A stretch of 64,000 nucleotides of DNA from Nibricoccus sp. (GTDB taxonomy: Bacteria > Verrucomicrobiota > Verrucomicrobiia > Opitutales > Opitutaceae), in the NCBI GenBank assembly GCA_047602425.1, contig JASGHG010000001.1, positions 3,488,001 through 3,552,000 on the forward strand. Direction: 5' to 3'. Under the pieces are notes generated by a model, which made no database searches, was not told the origin of the DNA, and was given only the letters and a program-made list of their open reading frames with translations. How positions within the stretch are numbered: position 1 is the stretch's first letter; every line of letters starts with the position of its first letter. This document shows positions 9,450 to 19,917 of this stretch, one piece after another. Made by a program: the position numbers and the translations under genes.

Positions 9450-9557
9450 GGGAAAGGAAGGAGGACGTTAGCGTGGCAGATGAAGTGAAGGCACGAAAAT
9501 TTTTCGTGAGGGGACGGCTGTTTGCAGGAAAAAATGGGGAGGTGGCCGATTTGGTTT

Positions 9558-10010
9558 TCAGGCGCGGGACGTGTTGGGTCTGAGTTGCAGATGATGCTGA
9601 TGTTCGTCGACGATGCTAAGAATGACGTGAAAAGTGTTGGCGGGAAGCCAGGCGGCGATTTTCTCGGGCCATTCGACGGCGAGACAATACGGGCTGGTAA
9701 GAAAATCTTCCAGCATGAGCGACTCGATTTGCCGATCATTTTCCAACCGGTAAGCATCGAGGTGGACGAGCGTGCGCGTGCCGCCGCGGTGGAGCGTAAA
9801 AATATTGAAAGTGGGACTGGTGACGGCATCGGTGACGCCGAAACCTTTCGCGAGGCCCTGCACGAAGGTGGTCTTCCCGACGCCGAGATTGCCATGGAGC
9901 GCGAGAGTGGCGTCGGGCGGGAGTGCCTCGGCGAACCGTTGGGCGAAGTAGCGCGTCTCCTCGGCGGAGCGGGTGGCGCGTCCGGCGGTGAGTTCAGCGA
10001 AGATGCTCAT
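9558..10010 (-). CDS. tsaE: tRNA t6A biosynthesis ATPase
   Basis: GNLGVGKTTF P-loop, VTSPTF, HLDAYRL, VEWPE. Confidence 0.95.
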   Translation of the reverse strand: MSIFAELTAGRATRSAEETRYFAQRFAEALPPDATLALHGNLGVGKTTFVQGLAKGFGVTDAVTSPTFNIFTLHRGGTRTLVHLDAYRLENDRQIESLMLEDFLTSPYCLAVEWPEKIAAWLPANTFHVILSIVDEHQHHLQLRPNTSRA

Positions 10011-10947
10011 AGCCGTGGTATTGGCTCAGGTCGATGGTTTCGGCGCGGCGATGGCCGAGCGGAACAAAACGTCCGAGACAGGAGAGCGGCGTCTTGAAGC
10101 GCTGGCGCCAGGCGCGTTCGAAGGCGGGGCGGTTGGTGTTCTTAGCGACGGCGAAAAGAAGTTCATAGTCCTCGCCATCGCTCAGCGCATGATCGAGCGG
10201 AGTGCGGCCGGAATTTTTGGCGAGGAGATGGGCCTCGCGGCTGATTGGCAAGGAGGCGGGATCGAGTGCGGCTTCGGCTTTTTCGGGCGTGAGCGCCCGC
10301 AGATCTTTGGCCGGGCCGTCACTGACGTCGATAAGCGAACGTGTTTCCCTGCGGGCAGCAAGCCAGGCGCCTTCGGCGAGTCGGGGTTTGAATTTGAAAT
10401 GATGTCCAGCCAGGCTGCCTCCGAGGAGGCCGGTCACGTAGATCCAGTCGCCGATCCGCGCACCTTTGCGAAAGAGCATACGGGAACCAACCGCCTCGCC
10501 CAAAAGCGTGAGGCTGGCGGCGATCACGCCATCGGCTTGGGCGACATCGCCACCGACGATGGGCACGCGATATTCACGGGCGCAGGCCGCGAGACCGCGG
10601 TAGAATTTTTCGAGCCAGCGCTGGCTGGTGCTTGGATCGAGGGTGAGCGCGATGACTGCGGCGGTTGGGCGCGCGCCCATGGCGGCGAGATCGCTCAAAT
10701 TGCGCTTGAGGAGTTTCGCGCCGACGGCTTGAGGCGGGACAGCATCGTCGAAGTGGCGCCCGTAGATCACGGGATCGACCGTGATGGCCTGATTTTTTTT
10801 TGCCTGGGGCAGCACGGCGCAATCGTCGCCGATGCCGTGCGGGGCGGGCGGAGTCGCATTGCCCAGCCAGCGACGGATGGCGCCGATGAGGCGTTCTTCG
10901 CCGAGAGCGGCGACGGAGTCGGATTTGTATGTAGCGAAAGGTTTCAT
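9994..10947 (-). CDS. thiL: Thiamine-monophosphate kinase
   Basis: GIGDDCAV, NLSDLAAMGA, GGD, DVSDG, GEDYELLF; alternative start at 10962. Confidence 0.92.
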   Translation of the reverse strand: MKPFATYKSDSVAALGEERLIGAIRRWLGNATPPAPHGIGDDCAVLPQAKKNQAITVDPVIYGRHFDDAVPPQAVGAKLLKRNLSDLAAMGARPTAAVIALTLDPSTSQRWLEKFYRGLAACAREYRVPIVGGDVAQADGVIAASLTLLGEAVGSRMLFRKGARIGDWIYVTGLLGGSLAGHHFKFKPRLAEGAWLAARRETRSLIDVSDGPAKDLRALTPEKAEAALDPASLPISREAHLLAKNSGRTPLDHALSDGEDYELLFAVAKNTNRPAFERAWRQRFKTPLSCLGRFVPLGHRRAETIDLSQYHGYEHLR

Positions 10948-10954
10948 CGACGAT

Positions 10955-11806
10955 TCATTCACCGATGCCTAGCAGAAGAAAAAGGACGGTGTGCAGATTA
11001 AAAAACGCATGGGCGAGAATAGGCACGGCGATGCGGCCGGTACGCTCGTACGAAAGTGAGAAGATGATACCGAAGGCGGTCAATGGAGCCACTGTGACGA
11101 GTCCCTTGAGATTGGCGTAGTCGACATGCAACGAGGCAAAAAACAACGCGGGCAGTACCAGTGCGATCAGTCGCGGTGCGCGGCCGCGGAGAAAACGAAA
11201 TAATCCGGCACGGAAAACGAGTTCCTCGGCCACAGGGGCGAACACGACGGCCATGGCGGTCAGCCCAAACAATCGCACAGGGGAAGCGGTGCGAAAAAAG
11301 ATTTCGACCATTTCCTGCTTGTCAGTCGGGAGATGGACTTGGGTAAGCAACTGCTCCCAGAGGTATTGCACGGGGTGAACAATCGAGATTGTGACCACGC
11401 ATGTCGCCAATGCGGCCGGAAGAAGCGCCGGGGAATCGGCGGACTCGCTTGTGGTGGTTGCAGAAGGTTCGGCTTTTTGCAGAAACAAAGCTGCGATGGC
11501 GACGCCACCAATCAGGCAAAGTTGGGCCATGATCCCGCCGACGATGGTCATCAGAGTCTTATCGGTTTTGAGGACGGGGAATTGCTGAACGAGCAGGCCG
11601 GCGATAATTTGGGCGACCAGCCAGCTTCCGACGACGCAAAGAGCCGCGATGCCGAAATTTGAGGCGGAAACGGCCCAGTGGGGAATCGAGGAAGTTTTGA
11701 GCCGGGCGCGGGCAGCCGGGTTCAATTGCAGTCGCCATAGCAGCCACCAGCCAGCGGCGATCAACGCGTATTCGAAGAGGTTGGCGACGAGGAGCTTTTG
11801 CGGCAT
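10955..11806 (-). CDS. CPBP (CAAX/Abi) family intramembrane metalloprotease
   Basis: APVAEELVFR, FASLH and HAFFN motifs; multiple TM segments. Confidence 0.9.
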   Translation of the reverse strand: MPQKLLVANLFEYALIAAGWWLLWRLQLNPAARARLKTSSIPHWAVSASNFGIAALCVVGSWLVAQIIAGLLVQQFPVLKTDKTLMTIVGGIMAQLCLIGGVAIAALFLQKAEPSATTTSESADSPALLPAALATCVVTISIVHPVQYLWEQLLTQVHLPTDKQEMVEIFFRTASPVRLFGLTAMAVVFAPVAEELVFRAGLFRFLRGRAPRLIALVLPALFFASLHVDYANLKGLVTVAPLTAFGIIFSLSYERTGRIAVPILAHAFFNLHTVLFLLLGIGE

Positions 11807-11962
11807 GCGGTGGGTAGGCTTTCACGCTCGCCGACGCATTTCAAGACGGCGGACTTTCAAAATTATTGGCGGGTAAAACGCCCGGGCTCTCGGGGTCGAC
11901 AAGGCCTTAATCGAGGAGGGTTTGGGCCGATGTTGAAGCTGAGGCTTTTACCTCAAAATTTA

Positions 11963-14719
11963 ATGATCCCTTCCCCAAGCCAATCAGCGTCGGATGTGCC
12001 GCCCGGAGCGGAGGGACTCGCTTTGCCAAAATACGTGAACGAACTGGATCTGGAAAACCTGAAACCGGGTTCATGCTGGCGCGGGGCATATCAAATCGGC
12101 GAACAATTACCCGACGTGACGCATGGTCGGTTATTCACGGCGAAGCAGCTGGGTTCGATGCAGGACGTCATCCTGCGCGTCTTTAAAGTGCGTGACGATA
12201 TTCGCGGTCGCACATGGGGGGCGATCAGGCGGGCCCAGAGCGGTGACATGGTCGAATTTATTGAAGCATTTGAAGTCGAGGGCCGGAGAATTGAAGTCAT
12301 GCAAGCTGCACCGCGCCTGACGTTGCGCGAATTTTCGACGCGGAAAAAGGTCACGCCCGCCGAGGTGGCTTCGATCGTCAAGCAACTCTCCACAACTATT
12401 GGAAACCTCCATAAAAACGGAATTGTTCATTTTAATCTCAGGCCTGATGCCATCTGCATACGCATTGCCGAAGGCGGAATGAATATGGTCCTTGGCGGTT
12501 TTGAAATGGCTCAGCTCATTGAAGAAGTGGATGGGTTGGCGGAGGTCAGTGTGGATCCGTTTTACGCGCCGCCCGAAGCGGTCGGGCTTTTCAGTTTTCC
12601 ACGCGAGCCGTCTTTGCGGTCGTGGGATTGGTGGTCATTGGGGCGGGTGATTCAGGAGGTGGTGCTCGGACAGCACATTCTGGGACACATGCTGGAGCGT
12701 GACGTCACCGGTGAAAATCCCGAATTACGAATACGCGCCGAAAACCTTTTAAAAGAGGAAAACCAAATGGTCCGGGCTGGCGCGGTGGAAATGATGACGG
12801 GATTGGATGGCGAAACGAACACGCTCCTCCGTGGCTTGCTCACCGGGTCGCGTGACGGTCGTTGGGGTTTGGCGGAAGTCCAGGCTTGGTTGCGGAAGGA
12901 GCCGGTAAAGGATCGCTACCACCTCGCTAGAAACGAACGACTCTTTATCTGGAAAGGTCGTGCGTTCACCATCGCCGAAGCGGCCGAGTATTTTGCTTCC
13001 TTGCAGCACTGGCATGAAGGGCAGGAAAATATTTTTGAGCATACCAACGTCGCGACGCTGGCCTATTTCATCTCCAAGGAAGGCGCGCACAAAAAGACGA
13101 AGGAGCGTTTCGAGCTTCTGTTGAAGCTGATCGATGCGCCTGAGTTGCAGCATTTGCCGCCTGACGTAGCACGCGAGGTGCTCATGGCGGTGATGTTGAA
13201 ATTCCTGGCGGGACCGCAAATGCCCCTGCAGCTGCGTGGCCGGAAGATTGATCAAGCTTATCTGCGCGAATTGCTCGCACCCGATGCCCAGCCATTGGGC
13301 CTGCCGATTGTTTTGGGTTTTACCAGTCATGCCATCGTGCAGCACGTCGAACAACTCGATGCGGAAACCGGTCATATGCTGGCTGAAATCGAGCGCATTT
13401 ATGAGGCATCTGTCTCCCTTGCGCTGTCCAATCAATGGCTGGCGGAAGACAACGACCTGCAACTGGCGGTCTTGATTCTGCTCAGCATGGAGTCGGAGGT
13501 TACGCTTAACCACGAACGGGTGGACATGCGCAAAAAGTACGCCTGCACCCGCGACCAGGTTCTCGACCGCCTGTTTAAAAAAACCGATGCCAGCCACCCC
13601 GAACTTGTTGTTATCGCCTTGACGAATCGTGATCCTAAAAAGTTCGGTTACGTCACGCATCGCGAATGGAACGAGGAACAGCACCGCATCCTCCGACGGC
13701 GGGGCGAACAGCTTTCAGCCGCCTGCACTTGGTTGAACCTGGGATTGGCGTTGAAATTGGGCCCGCTCATTTTTGGACGATTCAGATTTATCGCTCCGTT
13801 TTGGCTCCTGACCGCTGCGGTGCTGGCGGTCGTTTGGCAAAACATTCCGGGCTATCTGATGGCCGTGGGCTGTCCGGTGCTGGTGATCGCCGGCCGGCTG
13901 TTATGCCACCGCGTACAGCGAGAACGTTTAAAAAATCACGTGGAGAAAGACCGGCCTTGGACCTTGCGATCAGGTCGGCAACGCTGCCGCCAGGAGATCG
14001 CCGCACTTTTACAGGCGGACACGGTGACTGACCGCAAGTCGCTGATGAATCTGCTTAAGAACATCAATGAGCAAATTGGCAAACTGGACTTGGAACCGAA
14101 GCCGGAGCCGGTGGCCCGTCCATTGCATTTCAGAGGCACGGCTTTGACCGCATTGGCCGGTTCATTTTTGTTTTTGGCGGTTATCGGTATTTCGACCCGC
14201 CAGGCGATCCTGCATCCACCGAAGTTGCCTGAACTCAGTTGGTCGTTGGTTTCCAAATATTTTCACTTGAGTGATAAATCCGAGAAGGAAGCCGAAAAAG
14301 CCCGGCCGTCGCTGCAACAGGCCTCGGCGGGCAGCCTCAAAAGCATGCGAAGTGCGCTGCAGGAGTTGCGTCGGAAGAAACGTGAAGAAGGCGCCAACGA
14401 CGTGAAAATTAGCTGGCCCTTCAAAGCGCCGGCTGAGCCGCTCTTCGTCACGATTCAAGAAACGCTGGTTTCGGTGCCTGAACAAGACGCCATCGCCAAT
14501 GAATTTGGAGTTCTGTTACTCGACCATTACGAGCCTGCGACGATCAAGGATCTTGTCGCCGTTCAAGTGCCGGTGGAGAAAGGCGTGGGCTTGATGCTCT
14601 TCAATGGCCGCACGGGAAAACTCGCCGGTAGAAAAGTGTACGTCATTGGTTATCTACCGATCAACAAGAGCTGGCTCGATCTGGATTCGAACAAAGCGAT
14701 TTTCCTCAGCGGCCAGTGA
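11963..14719 (+). CDS. Membrane-anchored Ser/Thr kinase-fold protein (probable pseudokinase)
   Basis: GIVHFNLRPDAI, PFYAPPE and DWWSLG match kinase subdomains VIb, VIII and IX; TM segments in the C-terminal third. Start is uncertain. Confidence 0.8.
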   Translation: MIPSPSQSASDVPPGAEGLALPKYVNELDLENLKPGSCWRGAYQIGEQLPDVTHGRLFTAKQLGSMQDVILRVFKVRDDIRGRTWGAIRRAQSGDMVEFIEAFEVEGRRIEVMQAAPRLTLREFSTRKKVTPAEVASIVKQLSTTIGNLHKNGIVHFNLRPDAICIRIAEGGMNMVLGGFEMAQLIEEVDGLAEVSVDPFYAPPEAVGLFSFPREPSLRSWDWWSLGRVIQEVVLGQHILGHMLERDVTGENPELRIRAENLLKEENQMVRAGAVEMMTGLDGETNTLLRGLLTGSRDGRWGLAEVQAWLRKEPVKDRYHLARNERLFIWKGRAFTIAEAAEYFASLQHWHEGQENIFEHTNVATLAYFISKEGAHKKTKERFELLLKLIDAPELQHLPPDVAREVLMAVMLKFLAGPQMPLQLRGRKIDQAYLRELLAPDAQPLGLPIVLGFTSHAIVQHVEQLDAETGHMLAEIERIYEASVSLALSNQWLAEDNDLQLAVLILLSMESEVTLNHERVDMRKKYACTRDQVLDRLFKKTDASHPELVVIALTNRDPKKFGYVTHREWNEEQHRILRRRGEQLSAACTWLNLGLALKLGPLIFGRFRFIAPFWLLTAAVLAVVWQNIPGYLMAVGCPVLVIAGRLLCHRVQRERLKNHVEKDRPWTLRSGRQRCRQEIAALLQADTVTDRKSLMNLLKNINEQIGKLDLEPKPEPVARPLHFRGTALTALAGSFLFLAVIGISTRQAILHPPKLPELSWSLVSKYFHLSDKSEKEAEKARPSLQQASAGSLKSMRSALQELRRKKREEGANDVKISWPFKAPAEPLFVTIQETLVSVPEQDAIANEFGVLLLDHYEPATIKDLVAVQVPVEKGVGLMLFNGRTGKLAGRKVYVIGYLPINKSWLDLDSNKAIFLSGQ

Positions 14720-14762
14720 CCGGTCTGCGCATCGGACGAGGAAATTTGAAAGAGGTAACGAA

Positions 14763-15665
14763 CTACGACGTAGAGCCAAGCATGGCTGCACCAAAAACGC
14801 CGGCACTGTCGCCGAGGGCCGGACGCAGAAGTTCGGTGCGTAACTCGGGGTTGAACAGATGGCGCACGATGGCGGCACGGGTTTGCTCTTCATAGAGCAC
14901 GTCGAGATTGCCCACGCCTCCACCGATGACAATGGCGTCAGGGTCGAGGATGTTGATTACTGCGGCGATGGCTTCACCGAATTTGTCCCGCAGTCGCGTG
15001 AGCGTTTCGCGCGCCAGGAGTTCGCCGGCTTGGGCGCGCTGGACGATTTCAGGAAGACGAATCGAAGCGCCGCCTTGTTCGCGATAGAATCGTTCGAGCG
15101 AAGGGCCGGCGATGACCGTTTCTACGCAACCAGTCCGACCGCAATAACACGGGTGGCTCTCGTTTCGGAGCGGATTGTGTCCCCACTCGCCGGCGATACC
15201 ATGATGGCCGTCGATGAGACGTCCGTTGACCACGATGCCGCCTCCAACCCCAGTGCCTAAAATCAAACCCATGACGACGCCGCGTCCGCGAGCGACGCCG
15301 AGCGTGGCCTCAGCGAGGGCGCAACAATTGGCATCGTTGGCGAGAATAGCCTTGGTCTTTAAGCGTGTCGTTAGATCGGCTTGAAGTGGTCGGCCGTTCA
15401 GGCAGACGGTATTGGAATTTTTCAGCAGACCGGTGGACGGTTCTGTGGCGCCGGGCGTGCCAATGCCGATAATGGCAGGGCGCGGCAGGCCTGAAGTTGT
15501 TTCAAGATCGGCCACTACGCGCTCGATTTGACCGACGACGTGGTCGTAACCCTTTGCCGATTCCGTTGGCAGACGCAGACGGTGTTGCGCGATTTCCGGG
15601 CGCGCCGGATCGATGATCGCGCCTTCAATTTTGGTGCCGCCCAGATCAATGCCCCAGAGTGTCAT
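14763..15665 (-). CDS. ROK family sugar kinase
   Basis: GIDLGGTK, ANDAN, GTGVGGG, GEWGH, CYCGRTGCVE. Confidence 0.92.
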   Translation of the reverse strand: MTLWGIDLGGTKIEGAIIDPARPEIAQHRLRLPTESAKGYDHVVGQIERVVADLETTSGLPRPAIIGIGTPGATEPSTGLLKNSNTVCLNGRPLQADLTTRLKTKAILANDANCCALAEATLGVARGRGVVMGLILGTGVGGGIVVNGRLIDGHHGIAGEWGHNPLRNESHPCYCGRTGCVETVIAGPSLERFYREQGGASIRLPEIVQRAQAGELLARETLTRLRDKFGEAIAAVINILDPDAIVIGGGVGNLDVLYEEQTRAAIVRHLFNPELRTELLRPALGDSAGVFGAAMLGSTS

Positions 15666-15667
15666 AA

Positions 15668-15940
15668 CTAGAAACGAATGCGCAGTGCGCCGAGAATCAA
15701 CAGCAAGATGAGCACAATCCCCACGTAGAGCCAGAACCAGCGGTGACCTTCGCGCTTTTGGCGGGAGCGAGTGTCTCGGATCTGCATTTCTTCATCTTCG
15801 GGCAGATCGAGGCCATCGTAGACATCCTGCTCGGCCCAGCCGGTGCGTTCGTCAGCGCCGCATTCGGGGCATGCGCTGGCCTTGGGTGGAATCGCCGCGC
15901 CACAGTTGGCGCAATGATCAGGTTTGGGTTGCTTGGGCAT
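15668..15940 (-). CDS. Small zinc-ribbon membrane protein
   Basis: CANC...CPEC and a C-terminal TM helix; overlaps the upstream gene. Confidence 0.8.
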   Translation of the reverse strand: MPKQPKPDHCANCGAAIPPKASACPECGADERTGWAEQDVYDGLDLPEDEEMQIRDTRSRQKREGHRWFWLYVGIVLILLLILGALRIRF

Positions 15941-17096
15941 GACCGGCGGGGATTTCTTGGACGCAAAAATAGCGCCATTTTGCGAAGCGCCAGGCTGTCA
16001 CGAAAAACGCCGTCAAGGGAATGGCCAGAATCATGCCGAGTATGCCATCGAGCGCGGTACCCCAGAAAAAAATTGCGATGATGATCACCACGGGATGCAA
16101 CCCTGTGCGTTCCCCCATGATTTTTGGAGTGAGGAACCAGCCTTCGATGTTTTGCACGACGATTTTCACGAGCAGAACTAATCCCACGAGACCCAATCCG
16201 CCGCCCGGCTGGAGAAAGGCCAGCGGAAGCGTAATCACGAGACCAATGATCGTGCCGAGATAAGGAATGATGTTCAGAATGCCGAGGGTGAGCCCGATCA
16301 CGAAGCCGAACTTCAGGCCAATCAAACTGAACCCGATCGCGAACAGAATGCCCATGAGCAATCCGATCAGCAGTTGCCCGCGGAAAAACGAGATCACGAT
16401 GTTGATGAACTCGCGCACCAGAAACACGACGTCGTCCCGCACATGCGGTTGAAGAAATGGCAAGTGGTTCGGAAGTCCCTGTGTCAGATCGCGTCGAACC
16501 AATAAGAAGAAGAAAAGATAAATCGGCACGATCGCGAGGTGCGCGGTGAAGCCGACAACGGAGGCAATGCCCTGGCTCATGGCTTTGAGCGACGGGACGA
16601 CCAGGCTGGGCAGTTTGCTCAACTCGGTTTGCAGATTGTCGACCAAACTTTGCACGGCAGGGTAACCGTAAAGTCGTTCCCCGAGCGTAACCCAGCTTGG
16701 GTAGTTATCTTTCACATACATACTCGCCTTGGTCCAGAACGAGGGAAGAAACGCAATGAAATCGAGCACCTGCGCCACCAGCGGAGGAATCGCCAGGATG
16801 AGGAGCGCCGCGACAAAGAGAATGAATACCGCGTAAAGCACCGTGACTGCGAGGGCGCGACGTCCCCGGTAGCGTTTTTCCAGTATATCCACGATCGGGC
16901 GAAGCACCATGGCCAGCACGCCGGCGACGGCTAACGGCCAAAGGATCCCGGAGAAGAAGCCAACCAAACGGCCGAGCACAACAATGACGAACGCCAGGAG
17001 GACGAAGATGCAGGTGACGGCGAAGAAACCGAGGGCAAAAGCGAGCAACCGACGTTGTGTGCCGCTGAGAAAGGGAGTGTTTGCGGTCTCAGGCAT
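15918..17096 (-). CDS. AI-2E family transporter
   Basis: FFRGQ, IPYLG, QNIEG..LTPKIMG..GLHP, GILGMILAIP. Confidence 0.92.
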   Translation of the reverse strand: MPETANTPFLSGTQRRLLAFALGFFAVTCIFVLLAFVIVVLGRLVGFFSGILWPLAVAGVLAMVLRPIVDILEKRYRGRRALAVTVLYAVFILFVAALLILAIPPLVAQVLDFIAFLPSFWTKASMYVKDNYPSWVTLGERLYGYPAVQSLVDNLQTELSKLPSLVVPSLKAMSQGIASVVGFTAHLAIVPIYLFFFLLVRRDLTQGLPNHLPFLQPHVRDDVVFLVREFINIVISFFRGQLLIGLLMGILFAIGFSLIGLKFGFVIGLTLGILNIIPYLGTIIGLVITLPLAFLQPGGGLGLVGLVLLVKIVVQNIEGWFLTPKIMGERTGLHPVVIIIAIFFWGTALDGILGMILAIPLTAFFVTAWRFAKWRYFCVQEIPAGHAQATQT

Positions 17097-17233
17097 GAAG
17101 GTAAAAGGGCCGGGAATCGCATCGCGTGGCAACAAGGAAAAGGCGGGACCGGACGGGTGGGGGACCGTCGTCGGGGTGTTTCAGTTGGTTTTTTGTTCGT
17201 CCTGCGCGGACTTGCTGGTTTGCCTTTGGTGAC

Positions 17234-18490
17234 ATGTCCGAGCACCCGCCCGAATTTGAGCCCGAAGAAAGTCCCGCAGCAGCCAAACCTGCCGCGCCGA
17301 TTGACCGCACAAAATGGCCCCGGCCATGGGCACAGCTGAAGTTCTTCACATTTCAGCCGGCGATTTTTCCCCGCATGATGGGGCAAGTTTCTCCTGACGC
17401 AAAACCGGGCGACTTCGTCAACGTCTACGACAAGAATGGCAATCTCTGTGGCGGCGGTCTGTACAATCCCCGCGCGAAAATGGTGCTGCGGGTGGTTTCG
17501 CATTCGCTCCAGCCCGTGGACGAAACTTATTTCGAACTGGCGATTCGCCGTGCGGTGTCGCTTCGGCGCGAGCTTTTCAAACTCGACGAATTTACCGATG
17601 CTTATCGGTTAATTAATTCCGATGGCGACGGCCTCAGTGGGCTGACGATCGACCGATATGGCGACACGCTTCTCTGCGAGGTCTATTCGCTGGGTATTGC
17701 GCAACGTCTGCCGAAATGGCTGCCGTTGTTGCACGAGCTTGCCGGCACGAAATTCGCACGCGTGCAGGTCGATCACGATCTCGGCAGCCTCGAAGGCATC
17801 AAACCGTCGACCTTCAAAGAAACCAACGCGGCTGCGCCGACGTTGGTTAAAATTCGAGAACATGGTGTGCGCTACGAGGTGGATTTTGCCGAGGGTCACA
17901 AGACCGGCTTTTTTTGCGATCAGCGTGAAAATCGCAAAGCCATCGCGCGTTTCACCCAAGGCGCACGCGTGCTCGATCTGTGCTGCTACACGGGTGGGTT
18001 TTCCCTCAATGCGAAGGTTGTGGGTGGCGCGGATGAGGTCACTAGCGTTGACCTCGACGAAGCGGCGATCGCGCAGGCCAAGCGCAACGCGAACCTGAAT
18101 CAGGCGCGGCTGAAATTTGTCCATGCCGACGCGTTTGCCTACGCGCGCCAAATGCAGACCAACGGGGAAAAATGGGATGTCGTCGTGCTCGATCCGCCGA
18201 AGTTGATTTTCACCCGCGAAAATCCGGGCAATGCCGAAGGCCGTCGCAAGTACGAGGACTTGAACCAGCTCGCGATTTCGCTCGTGAAACCGGGCGGTAT
18301 TTTTGTGACGTGCTCCTGCTCGGGCCTGCTGAGTCTGGAAGATTTCGAACAACACGTGATCAAGGCGGCCCATCGCCAGCAGCGACGATTGCAATTCTTC
18401 GATCGGACAGGTCCAGGTCCCGACCACCCGGTTTATTCGAATTGCCTCGAAAGCCGGTATCTCAAGCTTCTTTGGGCTCGAGTGATGTAG
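17234..18490 (+). CDS. RlmI-like class I SAM-dependent rRNA methyltransferase
   Basis: DGLSGLTIDRY, GHKTGFFCDQRENR, VLDLCCYTGGF, LDPP, TCSCS. Confidence 0.88.
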   Translation: MSEHPPEFEPEESPAAAKPAAPIDRTKWPRPWAQLKFFTFQPAIFPRMMGQVSPDAKPGDFVNVYDKNGNLCGGGLYNPRAKMVLRVVSHSLQPVDETYFELAIRRAVSLRRELFKLDEFTDAYRLINSDGDGLSGLTIDRYGDTLLCEVYSLGIAQRLPKWLPLLHELAGTKFARVQVDHDLGSLEGIKPSTFKETNAAAPTLVKIREHGVRYEVDFAEGHKTGFFCDQRENRKAIARFTQGARVLDLCCYTGGFSLNAKVVGGADEVTSVDLDEAAIAQAKRNANLNQARLKFVHADAFAYARQMQTNGEKWDVVVLDPPKLIFTRENPGNAEGRRKYEDLNQLAISLVKPGGIFVTCSCSGLLSLEDFEQHVIKAAHRQQRRLQFFDRTGPGPDHPVYSNCLESRYLKLLWARVM

Positions 18491-18523
18491 TCGGTGGCGA
18501 TTAGTTTAGCTTCAATTTACCCT

Positions 18524-19885
18524 ATGAAAAAATCGATGAGCTTGTTTTTGGCGGCGTTGTTATTGGGCGCGGGAACCGCCTTGCTTTCCGGCGAGCCTGC
18601 GGCGAGCGACGCAAAACCCTCGTTGAAGGACGTGCCTGGAAGTGCTTCCCGGTGGCCGACGGTTTTGGAAAAATCGTTGCCGGGCCTGGCGAAGAAACCG
18701 TCTTGGGCGAAGCTTGGCTTGTGGATTCGCGAGGACGGGACGGTTGACGAGGTGGAATTTTTGCAAGGCGACGCCGAATGGAAAATCGAATGCATTGCCG
18801 CGGCAAAGAAGATGAAATTCGAACCTGTGGTCTTCGAGGGCACGGCGCTGCCGGTGCGCACGGAGCTCAATTACCGCTGTGATCGAAAGCAGGTTGATTA
18901 TAATTTCAGCCCGCTGCCGAATCTGCCGGGCGAAGTCCATGTGAATGAGGAATGGGGGCTCACGAAACCGACGATCGAACTCGATCCCGATTTGATTTTA
19001 CCGCTGATGTTGCGGGCGCGTCCGATGCTCACGATCGAGGCTGCAATTTCGTACGTCGTCGCCGAAGACGGCAGCACGGATAAAATCCGGATTCTCGGGG
19101 CAAGTTCCGAGGGCGCGGTTCGATCGGCCTTGGATTTGATCGCTGAGCGCAAGTACAAACCTGCGACGGTACGCGACAGACCGGTGCGCACGGAACATCA
19201 GCAGGTCTATTCCTTCCAAACCGTGGGAAAGCCGATCGAGGCCTTGATCGGTTCCGTGTATGCGGAAGATCCTGTATTTCCGTACGAACGGCTGTTGGCG
19301 GGAGAGGAAGGTTATGCGGTCGTGAAATTTACCTTGGATGGCGATGGCAAAGTCGAGAGCTCAAGCGTGCTTGAGGCGTCGCATCCGGAGTTTGGCAGCG
19401 CGCTGGTGGCCGCGGTCGACGGCTGGCAGTTCAAGCCGGAATCGATCGCGACAGCGGGCGCAGTTCGCGAATATCGGCACGACTTCTTGTTGAGCATGAC
19501 TCCCTATGCGGCGCGCCGACTGATCGCAGCCGCCCGTGCGGGCGAGGAAGTTTCGAATGCCAAGGCTGGCTTGGATGCGAAGCCGAAGGTCCTGGCAAGT
19601 TCCGGCCTGGCTTATCCCACGGCACTTAAAGAGCAAAAAGAAGTCGGCTCCGCGACAGTCGAATTTATCATCGACCGCGTGGGTTTGGCGCAGCTTCCCC
19701 GCGTGCTCAAGGCGAGCAAGCCCGAGTTTGGCTGGGCCGCTGTTACCGCGGTGAACACGATGCGTTTCGCACCACTGACGCGCAACGGAAAGTCTGCCGA
19801 ACTCCGCGTGGTGATGCCGGTCAATTTTACACCGCCAAAAACCGAACAGGCCGCCGGAGCCCAAGCGCCAGCCGCCGGCGGATGA
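18524..19885 (+). CDS. Secreted protein with four tandem TonB C-terminal-like domains
   Basis: Signal peptide, then repeats of the pattern (F/W)xIxxDG...A..A...W/MxFxP (e.g. ASHPEFGSALVAAVDGWQFKP, ASKPEFGWAAVTAVNTMRFAP). Confidence 0.8.
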   Translation: MKKSMSLFLAALLLGAGTALLSGEPAASDAKPSLKDVPGSASRWPTVLEKSLPGLAKKPSWAKLGLWIREDGTVDEVEFLQGDAEWKIECIAAAKKMKFEPVVFEGTALPVRTELNYRCDRKQVDYNFSPLPNLPGEVHVNEEWGLTKPTIELDPDLILPLMLRARPMLTIEAAISYVVAEDGSTDKIRILGASSEGAVRSALDLIAERKYKPATVRDRPVRTEHQQVYSFQTVGKPIEALIGSVYAEDPVFPYERLLAGEEGYAVVKFTLDGDGKVESSSVLEASHPEFGSALVAAVDGWQFKPESIATAGAVREYRHDFLLSMTPYAARRLIAAARAGEEVSNAKAGLDAKPKVLASSGLAYPTALKEQKEVGSATVEFIIDRVGLAQLPRVLKASKPEFGWAAVTAVNTMRFAPLTRNGKSAELRVVMPVNFTPPKTEQAAGAQAPAAGG

Positions 19886-19917
19886 GGAGGCGGTATTTAA
19901 AAATAATTCGTGGACGC

